NCBI GenBank assembly: GCA_029258885.1
Contig: JAPDJW010000003.1
Coordinates: 98,718 to 162,717, forward strand
Direction of reading: 5' to 3'
Origin: Thermoproteota archaeon
GTDB taxonomy: Archaea > Thermoproteota > Thermoprotei > Thermofilales > B9-G17
DNA length: 64,000 bases
Part shown: one piece after another, positions 30,970-42,008 of the stretch
Numbering within the stretch: position 1 is the first letter of the stretch
Layout of the letters: each line of letters starts with the position of its first letter
Notes under the pieces: generated by a model
What the model saw: the letters and a program-made list of their open reading frames with translations, nothing else
Databases searched by the model: none
Told to the model about the DNA's origin: nothing
Position numbers and translations under genes: made by a program

Positions 30970-32367
30970 ATGGAAAACCAGGAGTTCATAGATATTCTGC
31001 ATCGTCTAGTTGATAGGGGGTTAGAGCTTGGAGCGGAGTACGTTGACGTAAGGTATGAGGATACGGTAAATAATAGGATTTTCATGCGTAAGGGGGTTAT
31101 GGAGGCCGTAACCCATAATAGACGTAGAGGCCTAGCCATTAGATGCATCGTCAATGGAGCCTGGGGATTATCCTCGACTGAGGTGTTTGAATGGGATTCG
31201 CTGCTCACAGCCCTAAAGTCCGCTATACACATGGCCAAGGCATCGGCGCCAGCTAGAACTAGGAGGGTTAAGCTGGCCGACGCTGAGGTTCATAGGGATA
31301 ATGTATCCTCATTGGTGAAGATTAAGCCTACGGAGATTGATCCCGGGGAGAAAATTAAGCTTGTCCTTGAGGCTAACGATAGGATAAAGGAGTACGGCGA
31401 CGTTATAAAGGATAGCCAGATAACCTACGGCGACGTATGCTATAGGAAGATGTTTATAAGCAGTGAGGGGGCGGAGATAGGGATAGAGGGCTTCAGGACG
31501 ATATTCTATGTTTCAATAACAGCTGGCGAAGCGGTAGTACTATCCCCAGCATACGAGGTCATCGGCGGAACGATGGGCTTCGAGCTATTTAAGGGAGATA
31601 GACATCTAGAAGTTGCTAAAACGGCGTCTGAGAGGGCTATAAGGTTGCTTAAGGCTTCTCTACCCAAGGGAGGACTAGCCACAGTTGTACTCGATAACCG
31701 CCTGCTGGGCCTTATAGTCCACGAGGCCTTCGGACATACAGCTGAGGCCGACCTAGTTATATCCGGCGATGTATTAACCGGTAAAATAGGTAAAAAGATA
31801 GCCTCGGATCTAGTTACGATAGTGGACGATCCCGGACCTGAATATGCCTACGGCTGGATACCCTACGACGATGAGGGAGTTAAGGCAAGGAGGGTAGTTA
31901 TAGTTGAAAACGGTGTTCTCAAGGAGTATATGCAAAGCAGGGAGACGGCTGGCGTACTCGGTATGAACGTTACTGGAAACGCTAGGGCACAAGACTACAG
32001 GTATGCACCTATAGTCCGTATGAGAAACACGTACATGATGCCCAGCGACTGGAAGCCCGAGGAAATCATAGCCGAGACGAAGGAGGGATACTATCTCAAG
32101 GGCTCGATGGGTGGACAGGCCGATATGAACGGTGAATTCATGTTCGTCGTTCAGGAGGCGTGGAGGATAGAGAACGGCGAGCTGAAGGAGCCGTATAGGG
32201 GCGTTACCGTCTCGGGAAACGCATTGGATGTTCTGATGAGCGTGGATGCCGTTGGAAACGATCTTAAGATAGATTCGCCGGGCACGTGTGGTAAATTCCA
32301 GCTGGCACCCGTCGATGGAGGAGGACCGCACATTAGATGTAAAATAATTGTGGGTGGTAGGAGATGA
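30970..32367 (+). CDS. tldD: TldD metalloprotease
   Basis: HEAFGH, YDDEG, RMRNT, GTCGK...GGPH. Confidence 0.92.
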   Translation: MENQEFIDILHRLVDRGLELGAEYVDVRYEDTVNNRIFMRKGVMEAVTHNRRRGLAIRCIVNGAWGLSSTEVFEWDSLLTALKSAIHMAKASAPARTRRVKLADAEVHRDNVSSLVKIKPTEIDPGEKIKLVLEANDRIKEYGDVIKDSQITYGDVCYRKMFISSEGAEIGIEGFRTIFYVSITAGEAVVLSPAYEVIGGTMGFELFKGDRHLEVAKTASERAIRLLKASLPKGGLATVVLDNRLLGLIVHEAFGHTAEADLVISGDVLTGKIGKKIASDLVTIVDDPGPEYAYGWIPYDDEGVKARRVVIVENGVLKEYMQSRETAGVLGMNVTGNARAQDYRYAPIVRMRNTYMMPSDWKPEEIIAETKEGYYLKGSMGGQADMNGEFMFVVQEAWRIENGELKEPYRGVTVSGNALDVLMSVDAVGNDLKIDSPGTCGKFQLAPVDGGGPHIRCKIIVGGRR

Positions 32368-33671
32368 ATCTGGTGGAACGTGCAATAAAATATGGGTTAA
32401 AGATAGGTGCCGATGAAGTCCATGTACGCTATAGCCGTTCAAGGGAATTCAGCGTAGACCTTGAGATGAACTCTATATCAAGGGTAAACTACCGCGTAGG
32501 GTCGGGATTATCGATACTGCTCTTCGTCGATAAGAGGATAGCGGCCGCCGCAATAAGTAATCCCTCGGAGAAGAGCGTTGAGGAAGCCGTTGAAAAAGCC
32601 TATAAAATGGCTAGAGCATCAAAGCCGAACGTAAACTGGATGGGACTGCCGAATCCCAAGCCTCTTCCAAAAGTTGAGGGACTATACGACGTCAGGTTAA
32701 GTGAGCTGGAGCCTGGTGAAGTAGTTGAAATAATGAAGAAGGGGCTAAGCATAGTTAGGGAGAAGGGCAACGTCAATGTAATGCAGGGCTCGCTCTCAAT
32801 CACCGTATCTAAGGTACACATAGGAAACAGCAGGGGAATAGATTGTAGCGAAAAATATACTGGCTTAAACGCTAGCCTCGTAGCTGTAGCCCAGGAGGCG
32901 GGAAAGGTGGGTAGCTTCGCATACGAGACGTATAGTTCACGTAAATTCGATTTAAACATAGAGGAGCTGGCGGAGAGCGTTGCTGAGAAGGCGTTAAGTT
33001 CACTACACCTTAAGCCGATCGAAAGCTTTAAGGGTTCAATAGTAATGGACTACGACTTCTCAGCGCTCTTCTTCCTAATGCTGACGATGGCGTACAACGG
33101 ATTCCATGTATGGAGTGGAAGTAGTCCCTGGAGGAATAGGCTGGGCGAAAAGGTTGCTGCTGAGCGTCTAACAATTATAGACGACGGCACACTTCCAGGA
33201 GGAGTAAAATCGAGTTCATTCGACGGCGAAGGGCTACCTACGATGAGGAAAACAATAGTTAGAAATGGTATCCTGGAGAAGTACATTAACAACACCTACA
33301 CCGCTAGGCTACTCAACATGAAGACCACAGGAAATGCTGCATCCCCGCTGGACGTTTCCCCCTCAAACACTATAGTAGAGCCGGGAGACTGGAAGCCTGA
33401 GGAGATAATAGGCAGCGTTAAGAAGGGGCTTTTCATAAGCAGATACTCAGGGATGATAAACGTAGTAAACGGAGTGGTATCCGGAACCGTTAAGCAGGCA
33501 TTCTACATAGAAAACGGCGTTAAGAAGTACCCCGTTAAGGAGTGCATGATCTCCAGCAACCTCTACGAAATGCTGAGCAACATAACGGCGATAGGATGCG
33601 AAACAAAGGATAAGGGTGGAATAATAGTTCCAATAATAAAGATAGATAACGTAAACATAATTAGCCGATAA
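32364..33671 (+). CDS. pmbA: TldE/PmbA partner protein
   Basis: FDGEG, TTGNA, no HExxH; ATGA overlap with tldD. Confidence 0.9.
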   Translation: MNLVERAIKYGLKIGADEVHVRYSRSREFSVDLEMNSISRVNYRVGSGLSILLFVDKRIAAAAISNPSEKSVEEAVEKAYKMARASKPNVNWMGLPNPKPLPKVEGLYDVRLSELEPGEVVEIMKKGLSIVREKGNVNVMQGSLSITVSKVHIGNSRGIDCSEKYTGLNASLVAVAQEAGKVGSFAYETYSSRKFDLNIEELAESVAEKALSSLHLKPIESFKGSIVMDYDFSALFFLMLTMAYNGFHVWSGSSPWRNRLGEKVAAERLTIIDDGTLPGGVKSSSFDGEGLPTMRKTIVRNGILEKYINNTYTARLLNMKTTGNAASPLDVSPSNTIVEPGDWKPEEIIGSVKKGLFISRYSGMINVVNGVVSGTVKQAFYIENGVKKYPVKECMISSNLYEMLSNITAIGCETKDKGGIIVPIIKIDNVNIISR

Positions 33672-33771
33672 ATCACAAAATCTTTTAAATTATGTTTTAC
33701 GTTAATTTCATGCTTATGCGGTCGTTTAGTTTAACGTTAAACTTATATCGTACCCAAAAACTATCTAATAT

Positions 33772-34023
33772 ATGGCTGTAGAGAGGTATAAAGTTAAGGT
33801 ACATAGGAAGGGCTTAGTGGTGATTCCAGCGGATATAAGAAGGAAATTCGGTATATATGAAAATTCGTATGTATACTTCATTGTGGATGAAGACGGTATA
33901 CGTCTAGTTGTTCCAAGGGATTTAAGAAGCGCTTTTGGAGTGGACGGCGAGAAGGCTTTAGAAGTGGTCAAGTTAATCCATGAGTCGAGGAGGATGGAGG
34001 TTGAAGGAGAAATACATTCTTGA
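33772..34023 (+). CDS. AbrB/MazE-type antitoxin
   Basis: VKVHRKGLVVIPADIRRKFGI. Confidence 0.9.
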   Translation: MAVERYKVKVHRKGLVVIPADIRRKFGIYENSYVYFIVDEDGIRLVVPRDLRSAFGVDGEKALEVVKLIHESRRMEVEGEIHS

Positions 34024-34423
34024 TGCAGGAGTCCTAGCGTTGTATTTCGCTGGAGATAGAAATGCTAAGAAGTATGTGGATAAAGCCTATTCCGGTAAAG
34101 CTAGAATATTTATCTCCGAATTAAATATGGCTGAATTCATATATAACTACGCTAGAGTCTTTGGATGGAGTACGGCATTAGCCAGAAATGATTTATTGCG
34201 GAATAGTCCTATGGAAATTGTGGGAGTATATGAGGATCTAACTTTAAAAGCTTCAAAATTGAAACTAAAATATTACGACACATTATCTCTAGCGGATTGT
34301 TATCTCATAGCTACTGCTAAAACGTTTAAGGCAACTATCGTGACAACGGATAGCAGAATAAGGTATGTAAATGAAGCTCCAACGGTATTGATAAAGCTCA
34401 AACAGCCATATACCATGAATTAA
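34001..34423 (+). CDS. vapC: VapC PIN-domain toxin
   Basis: YILDAG, LSLADCY, IVTTD; TTG after GGAGG. Confidence 0.9.
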   Translation: MKEKYILDAGVLALYFAGDRNAKKYVDKAYSGKARIFISELNMAEFIYNYARVFGWSTALARNDLLRNSPMEIVGVYEDLTLKASKLKLKYYDTLSLADCYLIATAKTFKATIVTTDSRIRYVNEAPTVLIKLKQPYTMN

Positions 34424-34541
34424 AAATAGAAAAATACATCTAATGTTTATCCGTGGTGTTATAGAATTAAAATCTTAGATTAAGGCTTTAGTGCCATAAC
34501 TCCCTGGGAGGGATTGAGGAAAAATTAGGTGGAGTTAAATA

Positions 34542-35705
34542 TTAATCTAGTGCAGTAAGTAGACGTAGGTTTTCTTTAAATGCCCTCACAATTCCCTCCA
34601 CTCTTTTCTCAGCACTTTCGATATCTAGGTCAGCGCTGTCTTGGAGGTACGATGCAACTTTCCCTAGCCATAGTATATAGAGTGCTTCAGTGCTCTTCTC
34701 CATTTCTCTCCTGAACTCCACAGCTAGTTTAAAGAAAAGCTTAGCCCATAAGTCGTCGGGGAAAGCCTCGGGCAACCCCTTCTTTAATCTATCTACAACC
34801 ATATCTATTTCATCGGTATAGCCTCTGAGAAGCTCCCTCAGTAGCCTCCGCTTCTCCCTATACTCCATAATAAACCTGTTAATATTCGCCCTGATATCGA
34901 CTTCAACATGCTGAGGACAACGCCAGCTATATCTCCACTTCAATAAATCCGTAGATACTCCTCTACGGCTTTTCGCTTTACGCCAATACTTCAATATAGC
35001 CCTAATGACTGTTCTCGAGACGTCGAAAAACATCCCCCTTAAGTGTTTTCCGGGATCCTTGGGGGAATGAATCTTCGACCCGAGGTCCGCTCGAGCTATA
35101 CGCATATCCTCGGCAACGGCGGTGCTTGTAATGAAAAAGTCTATTCCAAACCTATAGACGTCGGGAGCAAACTCCTCCTTCCTCTCGAGCAGAACCTTAG
35201 CTAAGGTGCTGCTTATACCGAAATCCCCGCCTATCGGTTGCCTAACATCAGCCCCAAAAACCGATTTAATAGTGGGGTAAGCTAGGGTCTTAGTGATCGT
35301 TCCATCGTGTTTATCCCTGACATAGAGGGGGGTTACGAGGCCATAACTACCAGCTGCCTCTCCCAGGAGCCTTATCCACCACGGCTCAACACTCCTAAGG
35401 TCGCTGTCAAGCATTATTACGGCATCATAGCCTCCATTAACCGCCATCTCCAGTCCATAGAGTATAGCGCTGCCCTTCCCAGGAATTCCCTTATACCTCT
35501 CGACACGTACCTCCACATCCTTTATCTTCAGGGATCTAACGACCTCAACTGTCCCATTCGTGCTTCCGCCGTCAGATACTAGAATTAAGTTATCCTGGTC
35601 GGGAAAGTACTCCTTCAGCCCCTTAGCAGCCGTAGAGACAACGTACGCTATAGTTGGAGCAACGTTATAGGATGGTATCAAAACCATAATCCCCATAGAC
35701 CTCAC
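34542..35705 (-). CDS. Glucosylglycerate/mannosylglycerate-synthase-like glycosyltransferase
   Basis: IPSYN, GKGSA, DSDLRS, PLYVRDKHDGTIT, VRQPIGGDFG, FGID. Confidence 0.75.
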   Translation of the reverse strand: MRSMGIMVLIPSYNVAPTIAYVVSTAAKGLKEYFPDQDNLILVSDGGSTNGTVEVVRSLKIKDVEVRVERYKGIPGKGSAILYGLEMAVNGGYDAVIMLDSDLRSVEPWWIRLLGEAAGSYGLVTPLYVRDKHDGTITKTLAYPTIKSVFGADVRQPIGGDFGISSTLAKVLLERKEEFAPDVYRFGIDFFITSTAVAEDMRIARADLGSKIHSPKDPGKHLRGMFFDVSRTVIRAILKYWRKAKSRRGVSTDLLKWRYSWRCPQHVEVDIRANINRFIMEYREKRRLLRELLRGYTDEIDMVVDRLKKGLPEAFPDDLWAKLFFKLAVEFRREMEKSTEALYILWLGKVASYLQDSADLDIESAEKRVEGIVRAFKENLRLLTALD

Positions 35706-37861
35706 CTCAGGTCGATCACTAAGAACACGTATTCGTCGAGCCTAGGTATCTCCACTATAGCTCTGCCATTCTCCTCTCTAAACTCGCAGATTCTGTCTCT
35801 GAGGGGCTCATATACCCGTGCAACATCGAAGCCTCTAACGACTACCCTAACGTCTACAAGCGGTGTAATCCTCGTCGGCGGATGAACGCATTCGGGAGTT
35901 GAAGTCCACATAGTATTTGTAGCCGTATTACCCCTCACTAAAATCCTGTCAGGATACGTGTGGTTGAGCAGGTGAATTAACAGCTGTCCATTCCTTCTAT
36001 AGGCTTCAAGCTCAACGAAGCCGTGCGACTTAACCGCTACAGGCGGCTCTCCTGCAATATACTTCATCGAATTAAGCATAAGCCTACCTATATCGGGTGA
36101 TCCATTCCTCCAGTATATTCTGCCGGGCTGACCGCTGAAGTACACCCACCTTTCGCCTACAACTATAGCCGGTATATCGGTATCTACGGTGGGAGGCGGA
36201 GGACTACGACCATTCTCGTATTCATTCCCAAACTCCCGCTTAGTTAAGGTTAGGTACGCAACCTCCTCCCCTCCCTCGTGTTCAGCATAGACGTGCCAGC
36301 CCAGTTCAGGAGGTGTACGCCTGTAGGTAAACTCCCTATCAAAGTCTCCCCAAAGTATATGTCTCCTCCTAATCCCTTCCGTAATCACGTGCTGATCGCT
36401 CAGCCTAATATAGCTCCACTTGCTACTAATAATAGAATTAAAGCTTATGTCAAGTAATTGCTTAAGTCTAGTCTCCTCAAGCCTACACCCATTTTTATCC
36501 AGTAGCCCAGTCTTGTAGGTCGCAATGATACCTCCGCCGGATTTAATGTAATCTTTCAAGTTTCCTAGGCCTTCCTTTGAAAGCGACCACACGTTGGCAA
36601 GCACTATACACCTATACTCCTTAAACCTGCCCTCATCGAGGCATGTATCGGACACGTAGTTCACAGGGAGACCGTTGAGGAGGGCAACATAGTAGAAGCC
36701 TCTAAAGGAGTCAGCTATATGGGGCGACATCTTCACTCCAGACCAATCTCGGCTCCTATTGGAAAAGACAACCCCAACGTATGGCAGTGGTTCAGCATCC
36801 AGCATATACTCCTCAAGCCTCTCTACTTCCTCGAAAACCTGTCTAACGGGATCGGGATTAACGTTGTTCATGAAGGTTGAGGCGAAAACCAGGTAAACGG
36901 GCCATCCGCCGCCTGCAAAAGCCTCCCTCAATCCCTGTCTAATAGCTACATCAGTAGTATTGCTGGAGGTTAATGCCATGTGGAAGCTATTTCTAGTCGC
37001 CCAGACGGGTTTACCGGTTAACGCTCTAGTCAATTTAACCATCTCTGCAATGAACCCAGGAGGCTGATAATCAACCTCACTGCACTCCGCGAAAAATATA
37101 TCAACGAAATTCCTCGAGAGCTCGGCTATCGTATTAGCCCTACCCCTCCAAGCTAGGGGATGATTATTATATATTAAAACATGATTATCTCCTATTCTCT
37201 GTGAGACAATTTTCAGAGATTTAACGTTAACGTTAATTCTCCACAAAAAGCTCCTCCTATATAGTTCGCTCTCAAGTTCCTCCTTAGCTGGCAGATCCTT
37301 GCCGCTTTCATTTCTAAACTTATTTCTACACCACTCGCAGAAGCAGGCTCTATCGACGTCGGGCATATACCTGAAGCTATCTAGGAATATTCCATCAACA
37401 CCATACTTCAGAACCTCATCCGCCTCCATTAAAACATGGTTTAGGAATGGAGAGTTTAAGCACATGAGAGGCCAAGTAGCTTTTTCCCTAGATACGAAAG
37501 AGGGATCTGTATCCATAGTAATCACTCTACCATTCATATCCCTCTGAGCCCAGTCAGGATGCTTAGAGTAGAGCTCAGGGTTTGTAGTATGTCCTATCAT
37601 TGGTATGACAGCTATACCATGTTTTGAGGCCTCCTCTACGACTTCTCTAAGGAAATCCCTATCTCCAAGCTTAGCTATCTTTCTGGCAATGTTACTGTTA
37701 TAGAAGGCTCTACCCCAAGCATCTCTAGCGAAGAACGTAATAGTATTTGCGCCTATCTTCAGCGCAAACTTAACTATATCACTGCCTCTAATCCTATCTA
37801 CTGCGTAGCCCTGTTCATCCTCAAAGTTGAATTGGAGAACCCTAGTATATTTGAACTTCAC
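35702..37861 (-). CDS. GHL6-like glycoside hydrolase with beta-galactosidase trimerisation-like domain
   Basis: DFLREVVEEASKHGI, HPDWAQRD, CLNSP, GVDGIFLD, CFCEWC, YIKSGGGIIAT. Confidence 0.75.
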   Translation of the reverse strand: MKFKYTRVLQFNFEDEQGYAVDRIRGSDIVKFALKIGANTITFFARDAWGRAFYNSNIARKIAKLGDRDFLREVVEEASKHGIAVIPMIGHTTNPELYSKHPDWAQRDMNGRVITMDTDPSFVSREKATWPLMCLNSPFLNHVLMEADEVLKYGVDGIFLDSFRYMPDVDRACFCEWCRNKFRNESGKDLPAKEELESELYRRSFLWRINVNVKSLKIVSQRIGDNHVLIYNNHPLAWRGRANTIAELSRNFVDIFFAECSEVDYQPPGFIAEMVKLTRALTGKPVWATRNSFHMALTSSNTTDVAIRQGLREAFAGGGWPVYLVFASTFMNNVNPDPVRQVFEEVERLEEYMLDAEPLPYVGVVFSNRSRDWSGVKMSPHIADSFRGFYYVALLNGLPVNYVSDTCLDEGRFKEYRCIVLANVWSLSKEGLGNLKDYIKSGGGIIATYKTGLLDKNGCRLEETRLKQLLDISFNSIISSKWSYIRLSDQHVITEGIRRRHILWGDFDREFTYRRTPPELGWHVYAEHEGGEEVAYLTLTKREFGNEYENGRSPPPPTVDTDIPAIVVGERWVYFSGQPGRIYWRNGSPDIGRLMLNSMKYIAGEPPVAVKSHGFVELEAYRRNGQLLIHLLNHTYPDRILVRGNTATNTMWTSTPECVHPPTRITPLVDVRVVVRGFDVARVYEPLRDRICEFREENGRAIVEIPRLDEYVFLVIDLR

Positions 37862-37863
37862 AT

Positions 37864-38889
37864 CTACACCTCTTTAATCAACATTTCACTTGTAGCGAAA
37901 TCCTCAACTATCGCATCAGGCCCGCCAGCCGTATAAATATTGCCATCATCGGACCTAACATGTATCTGTGCAATACCCGTCTCAGGGTCGAAGAACGCCT
38001 TAATTATCTCGCCCTCAAGGTTACCGTCCTCGCCCGGTTTCCTAAGCCATCTACCCCTAAATATTCCCCACAACCTACATCCCCTCTCAATAAGCTTACG
38101 CACCTCAATTAATCCCAGCTTAAACATCGTATATTTAACCGGAAGCTTTATATCCTCGTCAATAATAGTCCTACTCCTAAGCCACCTGTAGAAGAAGTCC
38201 TGAAGAAGATAGTCTATCAACATAGGTTCCTCAACGGCGATACCGTAGCTGGGCAGAGTTTCGATCTCATTCCTCCTCTGAGCAAGAATGCCTATCTGAG
38301 AATCCGCCACAACCAGAAGATCACCGGATACCGCACGCTTAACCTTATGGAAGCCTTCAAGAACTTTCTCCCTAAACTTAACGCCAGGAATATCGTAGAC
38401 TATAACATATACCGTAACCCCGCGTCTCTGAGCAGCGATGACATATTTCCTCAGCTTAGAGATAAAAACTATGTCGCCGCTTATAGCTAGATCCACTTTA
38501 GCTCTACTAACAGCCTTAACGTATCTTCCGATAAGTCCTCTCCTACTCTTAAATATCCATACACCATACTCCTCTCCCTCTTTCTTACGTGGAATAGTAT
38601 TAATGAAGCTCTTAGATTTATCCAGCATATCATCAAACTCCTCACTAATAATCTCGAACAGTGTCTCGGGCTCAACGGCCCTATACATTGCTGGCTTACC
38701 CTCATGGACCTCAACAAGACCTCTAAGGATCAGCCTCCTAAGCGATGCGTGAACCTGAGGGCGATGTACTCCAAGTATTTCAGCAAGTCTACTGGGCGAT
38801 AAAGGTCCGTGGCTAAGCAGAGCTACATACACCTTAGCTTCAAATGCCGTTAGGTCAAGCGTCCTAAAGAGTTTCTGTAGGTTCTCCAA
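37864..38889 (-). CDS. trmB: TrmB-family sugar-sensing regulator
   Basis: LTAFEAKVYVALL wHTH; C-terminal GGPDAIVEDFA. Confidence 0.85.
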   Translation of the reverse strand: MENLQKLFRTLDLTAFEAKVYVALLSHGPLSPSRLAEILGVHRPQVHASLRRLILRGLVEVHEGKPAMYRAVEPETLFEIISEEFDDMLDKSKSFINTIPRKKEGEEYGVWIFKSRRGLIGRYVKAVSRAKVDLAISGDIVFISKLRKYVIAAQRRGVTVYVIVYDIPGVKFREKVLEGFHKVKRAVSGDLLVVADSQIGILAQRRNEIETLPSYGIAVEEPMLIDYLLQDFFYRWLRSRTIIDEDIKLPVKYTMFKLGLIEVRKLIERGCRLWGIFRGRWLRKPGEDGNLEGEIIKAFFDPETGIAQIHVRSDDGNIYTAGGPDAIVEDFATSEMLIKEV

Positions 38890-38907
38890 GCTCCCCCTCC
38901 TATTGAA

Positions 38908-38957
38908 AAATGTAGTAACATTTATTAATACTTTTTTCCTAATATTACATGTGATAT
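38908..38957. promoter_or_regulatory. Palindromes in divergent trmB/ABC promoter (candidate operators)
   Basis: AAATGT-AGTA-ACATTT (38908-38923) and near-palindrome ATATTACATGTGATAT (38942-38957). Confidence 0.45.
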
Positions 38958-38958
38958 C

Positions 38959-40272
38959 ATGAACCGGAGGGGTATTGGCCGAAAAATAATAATTATTGCT
39001 ATTGCCCTAATAATTATCGTTGCCGCCGGCTATTTCCTCTATAATTACTTCTTTGCCGGTCCCAAGGAGATAGTATGGGCTTCAACCCAGCTTTGTCCAA
39101 GCGCAGAGAGGGCATTTGTCGAAAATACTTTGATAAAAGAGTTTAAGGATGAGACGGGAATTAACGTGGAGTTTGTTCCAATAAGCTACGCAGACTTAGC
39201 CTCAAGGCTTGAGGCTGAAATTAAGGCAGGTAAAGTAACTATAAGTGTGGTAGGTGAGCTACATGGAGGACTGGACATGTTCGCAAGCGAGGGATGGCTC
39301 GAAGACCTAAGTAAGTTCGGAACCTTATCTGGAAGAACATTTCCAGCCGCATTGGAACAGTACAGTAATATACATGGCATAAAGGCGTACATACCGTGGA
39401 TGACCGCTACGTACGTATTTGTAGTAAACAAGAAGGCCTTCGACTACCTACCTGAGGGATTAACTGAGGACGACGTAAAGATGGGCACCAGCAAGTGGAC
39501 ATACGATGCACTACTACAGTGGGCAAAGAAGATCTATGAGGAAACAGGTGAAAAGAAGCTAGGCTTCCCGGTAAGCCCCAAGGGTCTATGGCACAGATTC
39601 CTACATGGATACCTGTATCCAAGCTTCACTGGAGCTCAGGTGAAGTACTTTAATAGTTCCGATGCAGTAGCAATGTGGGAATACCTCAAGGAGCTATGGC
39701 AATACGTCAATCCAGCAAGCACAACATACGATGCACTAGCTGAGCCTCTACTAAAGGAGGAGGTATGGCTTGCATGGGATCACACAGCCAGAATAAAGGA
39801 CGCCATAGTACAGAACCCAGACCAGTTCGTCGTAGTACCGGTCCCGGCCGGACCTAAGGGCAGAGGATTCATACTAGTAGTAGCAGGACTAGCCATACCA
39901 AAGAATGCTCCAAACCAGGAGGAGGCGTGGAAGCTAATCGAGTACCTAACTAGACCAGAGACGCAGGTTAAGATTCTAGAGAACGTAGGATTCTTCCCAA
40001 GCGTAAACGAGGCTGTAGGTCAGATACCATCAGGCCCACTAAAGATCATGGCTGAGGGAGTAAACAGGCAGGTAGGCGCTTCCGATGCATTGCTTGCAAT
40101 GATTCCAAGCCTAGGAGCTAGGGGAGGAGAGTTCACTGGAGCATATAGGGAGGCCTTCGAGAGAATAGTACTTCAGGGCGAGGATATACAGACAGTTCTA
40201 AACGAGCTGGCTCAACAGCTATTCAAACTATTCGAAGAAACTGGCGCCCCGCTGCCGCCACCTGACGCTTAA
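38959..40272 (+). CDS. Sugar ABC transporter substrate-binding protein
   Basis: N-terminal TM anchor, PVPAGPKG, GLAIPKNAPNQEEAWKLIEYLT. Confidence 0.9.
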   Translation: MNRRGIGRKIIIIAIALIIIVAAGYFLYNYFFAGPKEIVWASTQLCPSAERAFVENTLIKEFKDETGINVEFVPISYADLASRLEAEIKAGKVTISVVGELHGGLDMFASEGWLEDLSKFGTLSGRTFPAALEQYSNIHGIKAYIPWMTATYVFVVNKKAFDYLPEGLTEDDVKMGTSKWTYDALLQWAKKIYEETGEKKLGFPVSPKGLWHRFLHGYLYPSFTGAQVKYFNSSDAVAMWEYLKELWQYVNPASTTYDALAEPLLKEEVWLAWDHTARIKDAIVQNPDQFVVVPVPAGPKGRGFILVVAGLAIPKNAPNQEEAWKLIEYLTRPETQVKILENVGFFPSVNEAVGQIPSGPLKIMAEGVNRQVGASDALLAMIPSLGARGGEFTGAYREAFERIVLQGEDIQTVLNELAQQLFKLFEETGAPLPPPDA

Positions 40273-40308
40273 ATATGTTAACGTCTTAAATTAATACGGT
40301 GTCGGCCC

Positions 40309-41178
40309 TTGAGGGGGAAAAATAAAATTTTTTATCACAATTTTTTACCTTATCTCCTTCTCCTCCCAACCGGAATCTATATGGGAGTTTTCATCGGCTA
40401 TCCAATCTTAGAAACAATTAGGCTTGCGTTCACCCACCCGTATACTGGTGAAATAAGCCTCTATAACTTCCAGAGGTTATCCAGGGATTTCCACTTCTGG
40501 AACGCGCTTAAATACACTTTTCTCCTAGCTGGAATAGTAATACCTATTCAAGTTACGCTAGCCTTAGGCGTAAGCCTCCTCCTTCTCAGAAGATTTAAAG
40601 GAAGCAACATGGTGCTATATATATTTCTTATACCATTAACAATAAGCGATGTCGCTGCAGCACTTATCTGGTACAATATACTTACGGGAAACGGATACCT
40701 CAACAGGATATTGATTAATCTAGGTCTCCTAAAGAGCCCGCTCCACTTCTTCGGCTACCAATATAGGAGTATGGAGATTCTAGCCATAGTTATAACTGAG
40801 GTATGGCGTGCAACCGCAATAGTTTTCGTAATAATATTTGCAGGGTTGCAGATGATAGGTAAGGAATATCTTGAAGCAGCCGATGTATTCGGAGCATCAA
40901 CCTACCAGAAATTCAGGTATATAATACTACCGATGATAAAGCCGAGCCTACAAACAGCCCTAATAATAAGAACTTTATTTGCAATGCAGATCTTCGGTGT
41001 CGTATGGATCTTAGCTGGAAGAGATATACCAATATTGGCTGGTGAAACCTACTACTGGCAGATTGAGCTTAAGAATCCAAACGTAGCAGCGGCATACTCC
41101 CTGATAATAGCGTGTATATCCATATTTCTAGGATTCCTATACATTAAGCTTCTTAAGCCTGAGTATCTCGAGAGGTGA
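40309..41178 (+). CDS. Sugar ABC permease (MalF-like)
   Basis: EAA loop YLEAADVFGAS. Confidence 0.92.
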   Translation: MRGKNKIFYHNFLPYLLLLPTGIYMGVFIGYPILETIRLAFTHPYTGEISLYNFQRLSRDFHFWNALKYTFLLAGIVIPIQVTLALGVSLLLLRRFKGSNMVLYIFLIPLTISDVAAALIWYNILTGNGYLNRILINLGLLKSPLHFFGYQYRSMEILAIVITEVWRATAIVFVIIFAGLQMIGKEYLEAADVFGASTYQKFRYIILPMIKPSLQTALIIRTLFAMQIFGVVWILAGRDIPILAGETYYWQIELKNPNVAAAYSLIIACISIFLGFLYIKLLKPEYLER

Positions 41179-42002
41179 TGTATGTGAAGATGTATAAGGG
41201 GGAAGCCCTTAAAATGATTCTAACCTATGCACTTGCGTCGATCATCGTAGCTTGGATACTCGTGCCATTAGGATTAATTTTCATATCAGCCTTCGCTGTT
41301 CCGAAGGAGTACTATAATATACGTAAGCTGATACCTCTCGCCTTTACTACCGAGAACGTCTACACCCTCCTCTTCGTACTTAAGGCGTGGAAATCAACTC
41401 TAAATAGCTTAATAGTGGCTGGATTAACCATAGCTATAAGCTTCGCCCTTGGACTGCCAACTGGATACAGCCTAGCAAGGTTCATGTTCAAGGGGAAGGA
41501 TACGTTTAAGCTCCTAATTATAGGGCTCAGAATGTTCCCCGTAATAGTATTAGCCATACCTTTCACAGTAATATACCTAAAGATAGGTCTAGCCGATACA
41601 CTTATAGGGGTAGCACTAGCGCACACCGCCATGTCACTGCCATTCGTAGTACTGATAACTTCAAGCCTATTCTCGGGAATACCCGTGGACTATGAGGAGG
41701 CTGGAATGGTCTTTGGTCTCTCAAGATTCGAGGCATTTTTCAGAATCACTCTACCCCTAGCATTGCCCGGTCTAGCAGCGGCAGCAATATTCGTGTTCAT
41801 AATGAGCTGGAACGAGGTTTTCATAGCCAGCGTGTTGGTGCTCGTTAACAGAACATTACCAGCTGATATCCTAGTATCGGCATTAAATGCTCCAGACCCG
41901 CTCAAGTTTGCAGCTGGATTTATAATGGTTCTACCTGCTATGATTTTCGTGTTTTTCGCACGTAAATACCTGATTCAGGTATGGGGTATAACCATAAGGT
42001 GA
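41175..42002 (+). CDS. Sugar ABC permease (MalG-like)
   Basis: YEEAGMVFGLS, MSWNE. Confidence 0.92.
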   Translation: MMYVKMYKGEALKMILTYALASIIVAWILVPLGLIFISAFAVPKEYYNIRKLIPLAFTTENVYTLLFVLKAWKSTLNSLIVAGLTIAISFALGLPTGYSLARFMFKGKDTFKLLIIGLRMFPVIVLAIPFTVIYLKIGLADTLIGVALAHTAMSLPFVVLITSSLFSGIPVDYEEAGMVFGLSRFEAFFRITLPLALPGLAAAAIFVFIMSWNEVFIASVLVLVNRTLPADILVSALNAPDPLKFAAGFIMVLPAMIFVFFARKYLIQVWGITIR

Positions 42003-42008
42003 GAGGAT

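Noticed and set aside
31810-33295. Minus-strand ORFs up to 210 aa
   Set aside because: Shadows of tldD/pmbA
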